Shown here: positions 39,925-53,500 of the stretch, in pieces
Numbering within the stretch: the first letter of the stretch is position 1
Layout: every line of letters starts with the position of its first letter
Assembly: GCA_000708835.1 (NCBI GenBank)
Contig: DF237225.1
Span: 1 to 64,000, forward strand
Length of the DNA stretch: 64,000 bases
Reading direction: 5' to 3'
Source of the DNA: Klebsormidium nitens
Taxonomy: Eukaryota; Plantae; Klebsormidiophyceae
Notes under the pieces: model-generated
What the model was told of the DNA's origin: nothing
Database searches by the model: none
What the model saw: the letters and a program-made list of their open reading frames with translations, nothing else
Position numbers and translations under genes: made by a program

Positions 39925-42900
39925 CTAAGCTTTGACAAGCTCTTGCAGTCGTTCCAGAAACTCTTCTTTTCGACCCGCCGTGCTGGGCATCTTCCGTAAA
40001 TGGTCTAGCAGCATCCGCGCCTTTTCATCTTCTGACGAGCTTTCCGGTCTTGCTTTTGTTTGATGAGAGGGTTCGTAACTGGACGTTTCGGCAGTCTGCT
40101 CTTCGTTGACTGCTGCTGCATTGCTTGGTTCCAATTCAACCTCTTCCGGAACGGCTGTCAGTCTTCGCCGTTTGTGGCTTGCCCTCTCCGTCACTTCGGC
40201 TTCCATTTTCGCAGCCATGTGCGCAGCCCGCAAAACAACCGGGTCCGGAATCTGCAAAGGACGAGCGGCGAGAGACAGAGTGGATAAATGGACAAGGACG
40301 GCACACAGGTGTGAGAAGCGCCGAAGACTGGGGGAAGCAGAAAGTCATTGCCGTTGTATTGGTTACGAAAGCCGACTCGGAAGTCGATATGACGTCGCGC
40401 GACCTCCTTTCGATCGAGCATAAGAGTGAAGGGAGCGCGAGGGTGAGATCTGATGAGAAGAAGTTCACTTCACGAAAATTGTGACAGTTTGAAATGCACA
40501 GCGGACGGTGTTTGATGAAGGAACAAAAGCTCTTTCCCAGATCCACTTGAAAAGCGTCAACCACAAAACAAAAGGGACTACTCCGGAAGATTCCCCGGAA
40601 AGATCAGACGGATGCAATATGACGCATTTTGTACAATCAATATGGCACTTCGCAAAGCATTCCCTGCGCCGAAGGCCGACGGTGTTCGATGAAGGAACAA
40701 AAGCTTTACAGACCGTGGCGTTTGTAGTGAAGCACGCAGAGGAGCCTGTTAAATCAGCGCGACCATCAGCACAATCTAGACGTTCTTCCCTTCAACAATC
40801 ACCCTTTTTTCATGCCGCGTCGCAAGGAAGAGCAACTCCAAAAGAGAGACCGTTGGCGCTCACCTCCGCCAGACGTGCCACGTGGAGCCCAAAGCTCCTG
40901 GGGGAAAGCCCCGGGACCAGCTTGTACAGAAACGTCACTTTCTGGTCGGCCTCCTGCTCCCGTGACGTCGCCCCCCCCTCGCCCTCCCCTCTTGCCACGT
41001 CAGCACCGCCCTCCGAGCCGCCACGTGGCGCCCGGTGCGTCGCTTCTTCGGCCAGATACGACACAAAGTACGTCCCCACCTCCGCCGGGAACTCCTTCCT
41101 CAGCTCCGCGATCTGCGGGTAGTGCGTCACGAACAGCGCGAGCGAGCGTTGCTCGGCCAATAGGCTATGCAGCGTCGCATACGCTATGGCGACGCCGTCC
41201 ATGGTGCTGGTCCCGCGCCCGAGCTCGTCCATGATCACGAGCGAGCGCGCGCTCGCGCCCCGGAGGATCGCGCCGGCTTCGGACAGCTCCTCGAGGAACG
41301 TGCTGCGGCCGCGCTGGATCGAGTCGGAGGCGCCCATGCGCGTGTGCACGTTGTCGAACACGTGGAGGGTTGCGGAGTCCGCGGGAACGAATGAGCCCAT
41401 CTGCAGAATATGCAAGGATGCTTCTCAGATTCTGAAGTAAACATCTTGGTCAGCTTGTTTGAAACTGCGCGCTGTCGAACACGTGGAGCGTTGCTGAGTC
41501 GGCGGGAACAAACGAGCCCATCTGCGGAATGGAGACGTTTCTTAGTCTTCAAACACTTGCGTGGTCTCAGTGCAGCTCGTGTTAACAGGGCACGTTGTCG
41601 AGCACATGGAATCCGCGGGTACGAACGAGCCTCATATGCGGAGTCGTAAGCACCGGCTTTGAACGCGGCTTCCCGACCTCGCAACCTTGCGACCAAGCAG
41701 CATACGCAACGTTGTGATGAGTCTGACAAAGAAGCCACTTCCCTCCAACTCACGCTAAAATCAACTCCGTAAAGTTCAATGTCTGTTTGCCTCCAATCTA
41801 ATGTAAGGTGCACATGAGAACCGTGACAAGAAACCATTGGAACCACAAACTATCAATAAAGGAGGGCAAAAGCTTACGGAATTCGGACATGGCAGCAGTA
41901 ACGCATGAGGGTTTTGGATGTTGTCGAACGCGAATCATTGCAAGGCTCAGGAATTATATACCCACCTGAGCCATGATGACGATCAACGCCACCTGTCGTA
42001 TGTACACGCTCTTGCCGCCCATGTTGGGCCCCGTGATGATCTGGCACCGCTCGCCAGTCGCCGTCAGACACGTGTCGTTCGGCACGAAGTTGTCCTTGAG
42101 CGTCGCTTCTAACACGGGGTGCCGCCCGCCGGTGATCCGCAACTGGGGGGGTTCCTCCTGACTGACGAAGACTGGGCGGACGTACCCCTGGTTCTGAGAA
42201 AGGATGGCCAAAGAGTGGAGGCAGTCGAGAGCGGCGAGGGCTTGCACTGCGGCGCGGAAGTCAACGTAGTGCTGCGATAAAATGAGGGAACACGTCAGCA
42301 CGACGTCATGTTGCGGACAAGAATCGAAGGTGGGCTTTCTATTTGGCGGGGACGATGTTCTTAATTAATCTCCGCGATCCGTACAACTGTACCGGTCGAC
42401 TTGCACAGTGCAGGCGGCTGCAAATGGGCTTCTCGTTATACCCATGTTCGTTGCCGCCCCGCTCTTTCGATGGAATCGTGCGACAAAAAATCGTTGCCCA
42501 CAGCAAGGCGCCTCTCCTATACTTCGCAGACCGACTCACACCGGGACCCAGATCCGTAGATTCGTCCACCTCAGTCGATCCTTGTCATCATTTCCACGTA
42601 GTCAGCGTTTTCAATGACGGTAACGCAGGCACAAGAACACCAGCAATCAGAAAAACGACGTAAGCAGAAGATGTAACAGGTCACCCCTAGCCTCTGAAAG
42701 TGTGGCCAGCAGACTTCCTTTGTGGCTCAATACGCCCAAAGGTCAATTCATTGTCCGGATAATGGAACGACGAACAAGACTTGATACTTTCAGGCCATTT
42801 TAACGGTGCAGCATTCACTTGCCTCTGCGAAGTCGGCCAGGAACGCATCCCACGCTCGGTTACAGGCGGCGGTCAGCTCCTCGCGAGCCACCGCCAGGCT

Positions 42901-45900
42901 CTCAAACGCCTCAAGCACCTCGGGGGGGTGGTACCGGATCTGCGCCTTCGTCGTGCTGACCTGCGCGCGGAGGACGATGACGTCAGCGATGACGGGTGGT
43001 AAAATTGTGCTCCACCGGAACCAGAGAAAGAGGGACCAACGAACCAAAGCACCCTGCTTCCAAAGCAGATACGACGTGTTTAAATGGTAGAACGGGTTGG
43101 GTAGCGGATCCATCTACTCAGTCTGGTGGTCTGTACGTTCCGGTTATGCGGTTATCAGCTTGCAAAAGTGAACATCAGACGTGAAGCAGACGTGAAGCAG
43201 ACGTGACGCAGACGCTGGGAATCGACGAGGGCAAACCCCGGTGCAAAATTCCGGTGCATACCGAGACCAACAACTTGGACCGCTTCAAAACCGTTGAAAA
43301 GCGACACGAGGTTCGCTTTTTGATCCATTTCAAAACCCGTTCTCGCGCCAAGGCCCCCGTAGACAGATCTCTAACCGAAACTAGGATTGCAAGTCATCAG
43401 AGATATGTAGCGAAAGACCAAACGAATGCGCACCTTGATCCAGTCTGCGGGTACCCTCTGAGCCGGGGGCGCCTCGACGAGGTAGTCCGTGCCCAGAACG
43501 CTCTTGTACTGAAGACTCGGATTGCGCAGCAGCTTGCGGAGTTGCGGCAGCAGGTCGTCGAGCTCGCGCTCACAGGCGGCGATGCGCTCCTTGCAGCTGG
43601 CGACCTGAGAAGAAAAGGTTGTTTAGTCTACGAAGGCGTTTTCTGAGATGCTCGCAATATTTCAGGTATTTTATACCTTTGGTGAACTTGCCAAACGGCC
43701 CAATGAAAACGAGAGAGGTTTGTCTCAAATTTTACCATTGCTCCAACATCCAACTGTCATCTTCTTGCGGATAACAACAAACGACTACTAAAGGAGCCTG
43801 TGGCTATCCGATGAGAAACAGACCTGCCTTGTTGAACTTGGTTACTGTTGCCGCAGACGCCTTCTCGAGCTGCGGACTATTACTTGCTCGTTATTTCGCT
43901 AAAGCAAGAGATTCTCCGCTCTCCGCAGCTGGCAGTATGATAAGAAAACCGCAACCGAGATGCTCGCCCGGGAACCCTTTTGCTCGGCGCAGCGGTAGGT
44001 TCTATCTGAAGACAGACACGTCCAAAAATAATGGGTCGCCCTGAAGCTGCTCCAGAAGAATAGCTTAGTGCTAGTCTCACCTCCGGAAACCGGCCGTTCT
44101 CGCAAACGAACAGGTTCGTCTTGTCGGCCGCCGGCACGCTCCGCGCCGCATTCGCGTCCACGCCCGCGAGCAGCTTCTTCGCCTCCCGGACCACCGTTGC
44201 TGACGTGGCAGCCGCCAGGAGCCGCCTCAGCAGCGGCGCGCGCACCCCCGAGCCGCTGACGTCATCTGCCACGTGTCCCTCGGAGACAGGCACGTGGCCG
44301 AGCCGGCGGGAGACGGCCAGGAGCGACTGGATGACGGAGACGAACTCGGACGGGGTCGCCGTCCGGTGGAAGAGGCGCGTGATGCCGCGCTCGACGTCCG
44401 GCATCTTGCCGAGGCTGCCCAAAATTCCTGCAATGTCAGATGACGTTAGAACGATAGCTGTGTTGTCTTCCCATGTTCTCTTCGACCATTTCCCCCTCTC
44501 GCCGAGATGCTCCGGACGACAGTATGACCATTGGTCCTGGATAACCAATGTGTCACATGCGTTTCCTTCTTTCGAGCGTATAAATAGCAAGGCTGGCTGT
44601 TCAACTGACGGAAAGGAACTGCCCTTGTGACTTGTTCGCCTTAACATCAAGGACAACAGACAAGCACTTGAACCTTCGGACGGCAGTCACCGACTCAAAC
44701 ATGTCTTCTCTTGGACGGACACCGAAACATACTCCCACAGTCCCCAGAACCTTTCTTGTATCTCCTAAAACTGTTTGAGATCCCTTCAACATATATATGG
44801 AAGGAATCGTCAGACTACGCGAGAAAAGAAACACTCACGGAAAAAAGTATGCTGACCACCTGCGAAAATGTGTGTCTACCATCGAGAAAGAGAACTGAGG
44901 GAAATAGACGTCAAAACTGCGGTCGCTCTCGCCGAAAACCGTCGGTTCCTGGTGTATGGCTATGCAGAAGAGTACACAATTCCAGAATAAGAATCCGTCT
45001 TTTCCTTACCTGCCAGCCCCCCCACACTCCCCTCCGCGGCGGCAGCCGCTGCCGCGGCGTTCGCCCCGCCCCCCCGCCCACTCCCGGGGTACTTGTTCTC
45101 TAAAGCGGACGTGCTCAGAGAGCCCGCCAACTCTTGGACGGCGTCTGCGCGAGCCTTGATCATGTCGAGGTTGCGAAGCGGGTGACAGATCTGAAGGACA
45201 CGAGGTGTTTGGTCCAGTCTAGAAAATTTGCAGAATCCGGAGAAGAGGTGCAAGTCATAAGATGTCTCAGGTGGCAAAAGGGGCCCTCGTGCGGCGGAAG
45301 CGGAGAGCGGGACTAAGAGTATGTGACAGGGCTTGAGTGAGAGATATATTCGAGATACTGGGTTTGTCTTTTGGACCGTTCGATTGATTAGCTTTGGGGC
45401 CAAAGTGTCGCCAGTGCTACTTGGTTTTCAGCAAAGGGCAATCCTATGTCCTTCAATCCAGAAACCGATAATCCGGTCATTGCTCAGTTGAATGATTACC
45501 GGCGACCAGGAAGGACTCTTCGGGACGCCTTTGACTTCGTTTCCGTGCAATGGTAGCCAAACCCCAAAAGTCAAAGGGAAACCAGTACGCACCCAGTGCT
45601 GCAGCAGGCGCCCCCCGAACGGCGTGCTTGTCTGGTCCATTAGCCAGAGGAGGCTGCCCTTCTCGGTGCCGTCCGCGCTGTTGCGCAGGATCTCCAGCTG
45701 GCGCAGCGCGTTGGGCGAGAGGCACATCTCCTGGACCGCAGCAAAGGGCCGGAACGATGCGCCTAACCGGAGCACCTGAGCGGAAGGAAAAAGAACGTTG
45801 GCTTGCGGGCCGGGTACGTACGTGCCTCTATTCGGGTGCTGACGTCTTCAAGGACTCAACAAAGTGCGCAAGCCGGATCGCGCTCCTGAGAAGGAGGGGA

Positions 45901-48900
45901 TGAGAACGAGAAGCACCTGCGTCGGTTGTTGGGAGTCGCTGAAATGCTCTGTGTGCAGTCGGACATTATATGTTCCAAAGAGAAGCGGCTAGGATGCGTT
46001 TTCGGAGAGCATAGCGTCGACTTTCGTTTCGGATGCGGCTCCTGATACTCAATTCCCGCCGACCTTTGCGTCACAATCGTCGTGAATCGCTTAATCCAGC
46101 CAGAATGTCGCTGCACTTTCCGTTCTTGAAGAGATACTGACTGATAACGATGGCCGAACACATTGCACCTGCCCGGCGAATACCTCAAGAAGAGCCAATA
46201 AAGCTACGTATCCACTTTTCGAGCCCACATAAGGAGCTCGTAGTCGCCGTGAGCGACTCAAAAGGATGAAACCCCACTCACGTCTTCCAGTCCGAACGCC
46301 CTCAAATAATCCAGCGCGAGCGCGAGCGCCTGAAGCACCAGATCCGGCAGCCCCAGCACCGTTTCCAAACTCTTCGCATTCCTTTCCTCTTCCTCAGCAG
46401 TCTCTCGATCCGCATCCCCCCCCATGGCTCCAAGAGTCGCCTTGGCCCCGTCCTGCGCCCCCCGCCGCTTGCTGCAGTAAAAGTCTGCCACGTAGGACGA
46501 GGCGCTCCCGCCCTGGAACTTGGCGCGCGAGACGCGTTCCGTGCGGACGCCGCTGGGGTCGGCGAAGTCGCGGAGGAGCTGCGGGCGTGGCAGAGACGGG
46601 GTCTAAGGTCAGTTGCTAACTTTTGAGGGTGTCGGTTGTCGAAATCAGAACCTGCGAAGGGTCCTGAGCGAAAGTAACAGGGGGACAAAAGCGGAACATC
46701 TGTCGGGGTTCAGCGCTTGTCATGGTTCCGGCTGTTTGAGACAACGGTTTTTGGGCTTGAGACAGGATTAGGTGACGGGTATGGCCCCTCCAAGCGCTCC
46801 GGTCAAACTTCCTCCGCGTTACAGACCTGGATGCGAATGACGAGCGGCAGAAGACTGCCATATTTTCGAAAAGCGGATCAAAACGCTCACTTTTTCCGTG
46901 GGTGCCGAGATCGGGTCCGCCAGGAGCAGCTCCACGGGCGCCGCGGAGATCATGCACGACTCCAGGTCGGACCGCATTACCGTGTCCTTGAAGTGTCCGT
47001 ACATGACGTCACCAGTCGCCGTCTCCACCGCCACGACCCCAAAAGTGGCGTCGAACCCCCCCGCCAAAGTGGAAGGCCCCTCGGGCTCTGCCGCCATTTC
47101 GTCTTCCTCTGCCTTTAGAGGGGCGCGCCCCGGCTTTTTATTGAGGTCGAGAGTCTCCTCTGCCAGAAAGAGAGTAGAATGAGCAAGAAGGAAGTCTGAT
47201 GGATTGCTCTCACATACGTCTTGAACATGCTCCCAAAGTACACAGACGTTGACGTGGTGCGAGGTCGGAGGGGTCGAGAATGAGGAGGTTGCACTAACAT
47301 CTAAGAATGGGAAGTATTGGAAGACCGAGAACTTTCGTTTGACGTCCCTCAATCAAGAGACACACCCTCTGAAAGAGCAAGCGGCATGTCAATCGCTGCA
47401 AGGAACAGAGGGGCTCGTATGCTGCACAACACCTCTTTTCTACTAGCTCGCGGACTCAACATTTTCGACTATACCTACGTTTACATGAGTGCACTTTTAT
47501 CCTAGCGCCCTTTCACAATCACAAGTCGATGAAGAAGAACGACCCCCAGACCAAGCGGTCAGTGTCAGTCACAAGTGTTTCAAGCTCCTCACCTGCTATG
47601 CACATGAGGTAGCTGCTGAGCCGCCCCTTCCCGACCGCATCATCTTGTGAGCCCCCTCCCAAATCCTCTCCCGCCTCCAAAGTGGCACGTGTATACAGAG
47701 CCGAGAGGCGCCGGCCAAAGAGGGCCGATTTGTTGGGGCCCTGCGACTTGATGGCGGCAGTCTCCGCCTGACGGACTACCCCCACCTGCAACCAGAATTG
47801 GTGCAGATATACTGAGTTGGGTTTGGGAGACTTGTATGGCTAGAATGACTCGATTGACTTGATTGGTTTGGTTCTTGCGAGTTGTGGAATGCGGAATGTG
47901 GAATGATGTAGGTACCCTGACATGGATTTGTAGGACTTCGTTGCAAATAAGATTGTTCCTTGAAGGCTTTGTTCTGGCAGATTTGAATGTAATGGAAAAG
48001 TTGCAAGCAGAGCGAGCAGGACACTTTGACTTCTGACAATGTCCTCACTGCCTTTCTGACCACAACAGAGAGCTTTCCTACCTTTGCGCTTCGAGAATTA
48101 AGATATGCAGGAGACTAGGACCAATGAGCTTCAAGAGCACGAACCGTATCGTCCACTCAGGATTGTGACAGAATCCCTTGCTATCATGACTGACAAGAGA
48201 TCCGATAAAGACCCCGTTCTACAGTGATCAAAGGCGCACCTTAAACCCAGCCTCCACCAGGCGCCGCACGTGCACATGTAGGCGGTGCGTCGGCACGCTG
48301 GCTGTCAGAAAGTTGTGGTCGTAGTGTGCAAAGATGTTGAGCACGCGAGCCGCCGTCTCAGCGTCTTCGCCAAAGAAGCGGTACTTGTATCCGACCTCAA
48401 CCATTAGTAGCACGTCTGGGTAACGCTTCTGGAGCTCAACGATCTGCAAGGATTTCGAGGGCCAGTACTGTAGTCTGATGGCTAATTTATGGAATTAGAA
48501 TCTCCTGGGTGTGCGAGGGGTTTTATCGTACAAGCTCAAAAGCAACCTCATACCTCGTTTCATCTTCAAATGTATGTTCTACAACTACAAAAAGCAAACT
48601 TCTCGTGAGGTCTTTGGAGTAAGAAGCTCTTATTAGAATTCCATCTTCACCAGAACGATCACCAGCTCAGAGGCTTCATAAGCTGGCAGACACTTCCCTG
48701 TAACCATCTTAAAACCATCTCCTTCGAGGCATCAGTCGACCATGTAAACCAACGTTCCAAATCTGCCCCTAGTACTTCAAAAACATCTCCAATTGCCACC
48801 AGCAACATAGAATTCCATGTTGAAGTAACTGCAGAAAGTGTCCAACAACAAAACTTATTTAGCATCACCCACCTGTAACTCCAGTGGGGTGTACTTGACC

Positions 48901-49490
48901 CCAGGGCCGGTGAGCTGAGCCGCGCCTGTCCGCTCCGAAAGGCGCCCCTGGTCATCACTCCTTGCCAGCAGCTTCTCCACAAACTTTGCATGCCTGACTG
49001 GATCTGATTTGGGGAACGCCTGTTCAGGCTCCTCTCCCCTCTCTGGTGCAGCACCCTGAGTTGCCGTTTCCTCCATTGTCTCCTGCACCTCCTCCGTGAT
49101 GTCAGCATTCTGCACCACTCCCGTGACGTCAGCATCAGGCACCACTCCCGTGACGTCAGCAATTGATGCTGCCCCTACCCTAGCTGTTGCCTCCCTATCC
49201 TCTTTTGCAACCTTGCGCCGCTTTGCAGATGAGTCCTCAGCCTCCTTGCTGACCTCTTTTCTCTTGGTCGACAGCACCTTGTCAGGGGATACCGTCATCT
49301 GACCCCTGTCGGACACACTCTTCCCAGGTGTCTGAGGTGGTTCATCTCGGACAGGCGTCAAGGAGTCCCTCTCCCCAGACAAACGCTTGTGCAGCGGTGC
49401 CGGAGCCCCAGCAGCCGGCTCGGCGGTTGCTTTAGGCTTTGGAGCAAAGAAGCGGGAGATCGCTGGCTGGTGTGTTTTAGGCTTCTTCAT
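39925..49490 (-). CDS. MSH3: DNA mismatch repair protein MSH3. Exons: 49490-48873, 48443-48240, 47785-47593, 47159-46891, 46578-46282, 45775-45592, 45190-45010, 44427-44081, 43604-43434, 42960-42823, 42271-41966, 41400-40864, 40251-39925
   Basis: N-terminal PIP-box-like QPAISRFF; KYTPLELQ; [21 protein letters not shown] (MSH3-type, lacking the MSH6 GxFYE Phe); [18 protein letters not shown]; Walker [11 protein letters not shown]; STFLEELSE; [14 protein letters not shown]; LFVTHYP. Confidence 0.95.
41465..41645 (-). repeat. Two degenerate copies of the acceptor and first ~60 nt of MSH3 exon 41400-40864
   Basis: tgtcgaacacgtggagcgttgctgagtcggcgggaacaaacgagcccatctgcgg (41474-41528) and a weaker copy at about 41595-41640 mirror 41350-41406. 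Confidence 0.8.
49085..49162 (-). repeat. 27-bp coding tandem repeat x3 in MSH3 exon 1 ([27 protein letters not shown])
   Basis: gcacc..tcc.gtga.gtcagcat units start at 49085, 49112 and 49139. Confidence 0.85.
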
Positions 49491-50576
49491 CTTGCTCAAG
49501 GTGAGGCCACTGCTGAAAAGCTTTGGTTGAGCTAGGTGGTGATCAAATAGCTGAGGAAGGAAGCATGGTGGTTTCACTTGAGCCACAGGCGAAGTTTGGG
49601 GATCTTCAGAGTACTACTCCCTGATGAACAGATGAGCCTGCACAAGGTGATGTGGCGGCATTGCACGCAGGCGGCCTTCTGCATAGGAGAGATTAGGTTG
49701 CCCTGTGTTAGTTGACCAATTGCATGTTTCGTCTCCCCTCGTTGCAATCAGCACCACTAGCACCACCTTCTAATTACCTTCTAGAGAACACTGCAAGCTG
49801 GTCAAGTTGGCACACAAAGCAAGCAACCTGATTGGCTGTTTCAAGCAGCTTGAGCAGGGACTAAAAAGTGCGGCCACACCAGCAGAAATCGTCTAGAAGT
49901 CCATAACTATTTCAAGGGACAAGAGCTGGAAAAAGATCTCTTAGCACAGCACAACTGGGCGTTCTGGCCCCTTGCCAGTATACTGCCGCATGCAGTGCCT
50001 GCTCTCTCCCGCCAAAATTCTTATATGTCAAAACTCAAAAGTTAAAGTAGGGTTATGTACCGTAAGTCTTGGTTAGGCAGGCTGTCACCCTTTTAGTGGC
50101 CCGGTTTCTATCACCCAGGGTATTGTTTGCTTCCACGTTTCCATTTCAACGAGTGCCCGGAAATTAATTATAGCCCGGTACGTAGCTGTACCGGTATGCC
50201 CCGTCACCGTGACCTTGCGTTGGTTAAGTTTGGGTTAAGCGACATCATGACACCTGCGCCAGCCTTCCTTCCGAGTCTGCAGCGGCAGCCTCCTGCCAGC
50301 TAGAGCACGAGAAGTTCTGCTGCTCTGCAAACTTCTGCCACTAGGTACAATCTGGGATTGCGAAGCCTGTTCTGGGCGTCTTCATAATACCAAATGCCTA
50401 ACACACGTTTCTCAATTGCTAGTTGACCTTTCTTTGCAGTCCGCCTTCCATATCGTTGCCATTAGCACCAGGACTGGGTTCACGTCCGCTGGACGCTCGT
50501 CCGCTGGAACCATGGGAAAGCTTTGGGGCCGAGAGCCCCCTCTCATCTTTCTGTAGCGCTAAGCCAGGCTACCTAG

Positions 50577-53500
50577 ATGAGGCGGCTCAAGCAGCCAGCC
50601 ATGCGCTGGAAGCTGCCAGCTGGCGTCCTGGCATTGGTTGTTTTCGTGCTTGTTGTCCTGGTCAGGCAGGTCAGGTTCAAGCAGGGGGGTACGGTTTCAA
50701 ACTGGTACAGCAGACCGCGGTTGACGGGGGCCAACTTTGGCGCGGTTGAAAGGGGCTTTGACGAGGGGGGGGCGCTTTGGTCGGCGCAGGATGAAACGAC
50801 CAACGTAGAGGAAGAGGAGGTGAAAAGCTGGAAGGAACGCCTACGGCAAGCTGACTTGAACGGGGTTGGACGGCGGACGGGGAATGCCAATGATGGGTGG
50901 GCGGAACATTCGGACGGTCGCACGTCCGGACGTGGTCCGAGGCTATGGGTGTTTGTGTCCGTTTCGGACACGCATGGCGTGCACGGAGATGTCCATGTTC
51001 CGGACGGCGACGTCCTTGTCCATGCGGGCGGGTTCTCAAGGAGTGAGTATCAATCTGGATTTTAGGGTTTTATAATGATGGCTTCCTGCATTGTTCAAAG
51101 GGGTGTTTACACATCGCATGAAAATCTGCTACAGCTGGCAATAATACAGCTGGCGGAATGGTGGGAACCAATTGTTGTAGACCCCTGTTGCAGGCTCGTG
51201 ACATTGCTTATTCATTCGTCGATGGAAGAGGTGGTGAGATGAATCTGGAAGGTACTTGCTTCCGCGCACAGATGCATTAGCAAATCGTACGGCAAAAGCG
51301 CACAAATGTGGGATTGTATGAGCGAATCGTAAATGGTTGGCATGATTGTTCGGTCACAATCAAGGCTGTAGCAAGTACCAAGAGGTAGGTCTATATGAGC
51401 AACTCGTTGCTCAAAGTAGACAGTCAAATGCCCCCCTGCACGCCATATTGCCACCTTCGATAACACGCATTCTGCATCAAACCTTTGGCATCATAGTTGG
51501 CACCGATCCCCAGTGTTTGCCGCCGGGACCCAGCAGAGACTGATTCTGGTTATGATATTGTCGGTGCACGGCAAGTGCTGTTCTCGCCCCTGGGTTGCCT
51601 GGTGGCGCCGATAGCCAGGCACCTCTCAGGTGGTGTACTGGCAAAATGACTGTTTTCGAATTTGATCACCAATGTCACAAAACTTGCCTAGAGCACCTGC
51701 TCAATAGGAAAGCTGTCCGATTCTGTGGAAACAAGTCCCGGTCCTGTGTCAAGTGGTCCAAGATACCTTTGTGAAGAGGACCTCAGTCTTCCATGCGTCT
51801 TTGCAGATGGGACTGTGGAGCAGTTGAGGGACTTCAATGATTGGCTGGGCGCTTTTCCCCACAGGTCAGCCGGCCGCTTTGTGTGTGTTTCATGTCCGGG
51901 GTTCCTACCTTGTTTCTCACATAGCGTACCCTTCCTCGTCCTTCATTCTTGTCCAGTTGCGAAGGTGGTACTGTTGAGGATTGTCTGCTTCTTTTGAATT
52001 GTTCGGCTCCAAAGGATTGGAAGAAGGTGCCACCACAGTGTCCGTCCACTGATCTCGCATCAGAAGTTCAAAGGTCAGACAAAAAGCTTGTTTCTCTGGG
52101 TCCACGTATTAGATGCCGATCCTCACGGAAGCGACTGCCGAGAAACGACTGGCAAAAAACGATTTGAAAAAAGTCCAGAAAGAGGAAAAGAAGGAGCAGC
52201 TATGAAAAGCAGTCGTGCCGAATCATTCCTCACTTCTTGGCACTTTGTTCCCGAACCCAGGTACAGAGTTTTGTTCCTCCCTGGAGTGGCTAACAGTTTG
52301 GCAGACAACAAATCGAACGTAGATTAATGTGAGGTGTGGCATTATGTAAAGAGAAAGTAAAAGAGAGAAAAGCGAGTATTGAACTACTTCTTTCTCCGGT
52401 TACTTTGCTCCGTCCAGGTACAAGATTCTGGTCCCCGGATTGGCAGATCTCGGTCCCGGCTCCGAGTCGCAGCCACGGCTTCGGGAGCTTCTCTCGCACG
52501 CGAACGCGATTCTTGTAGATAGCACGTTCGTCCTCCCCGGGGGGGTGGTCATTTACGGTGCGCCAGCGCCCCCCCCGGGCGAGGAGGACCTAGGAGGGGG
52601 GCCCAGCAAGTGGGATCCCATCCCCCTGAACGTGAGTGCTCCGCAAAAGCACAGTTTATGTCTCTTTTTTCCGTCCGTTCTTTCCCGTGTTTCTTTGGCG
52701 GTTGCGGAAGAATCGCAGTGACAAGCATGGGTCCCCTCGTGAAGAAATTGGGAGGCTTGCTTCAGACGGGTCAGATTGTCCGACTTGCTGGTAGTAACCG
52801 GATCCTCAGGCGCTTTGGTAGTATGTTGCATAGGCCGGTCTTCAGATAGAGGCCTCTGTCATAGACGCGATGCAGATTCTGACTTCGAACAGAGCTTTTA
52901 AAAGACAATACTGTTCGTTATCGTCGTCCACTTTCTCTTCTCTGCTTGGTCGCTCACAGCAGCGTTCGCAGCCGTGATCGAATCTACATTGGAGCGGCAT
53001 TCAAACAAAACAACCTTGAAATCTGTGGAAAGTGACTTGACATTTTTGAACTCTCATTGGACACTTCAGACCAGTCATCCCCAGCAGATATCAGGCTTGA
53101 ACTACAATATGTGCCCTGAATGACGACCTATGTGGCCTGAATGACGACTGCTAGTACTTCTCAACAACGCGGGACAGTTTTCTCGGCCCAGCAAAGGAAG
53201 TCGCTTCCACCCACGAATTTGAGCTCAGGTGTGCAGCTTTTGTGGCACTATAAGCTTTACAGTCAATCAGATCAATCAATTTCGTTAAGCTCGACGTCTC
53301 AAAAAGAATCCCCCAGTTCAGCGTTCAAAAGGTCAAATCGGCAGATTCTTTTGGCATCAAACCCCGTGATGTCTCTGCAAGTGGTCCCAACATAAATCCA
53401 CGGCCTCCGTCCATACAGATCGATGTTTTGGTGACTCAAGGCCCGCGTTATGAGCCGTATGACCCGTCGTCGATTGAGGGGCTAGTGGGGTCCCCGAAGC

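Noticed and set aside
43177-43216. 11-bp tandem repeat cagacgtgaag x3 (similar small doublets at about 12680 and 13025)
   Set aside because: Ordinary short intronic or intergenic duplications; noted only as background for the local duplication rate.
40508-47182. Plus-strand ORFs overlapping MSH3 exons (also the antisense ORFs over LHCB6, spastin, Sel1 and GH10)
   Set aside because: They are antisense open frames expected from GC3-rich codon usage, with no independent motifs.
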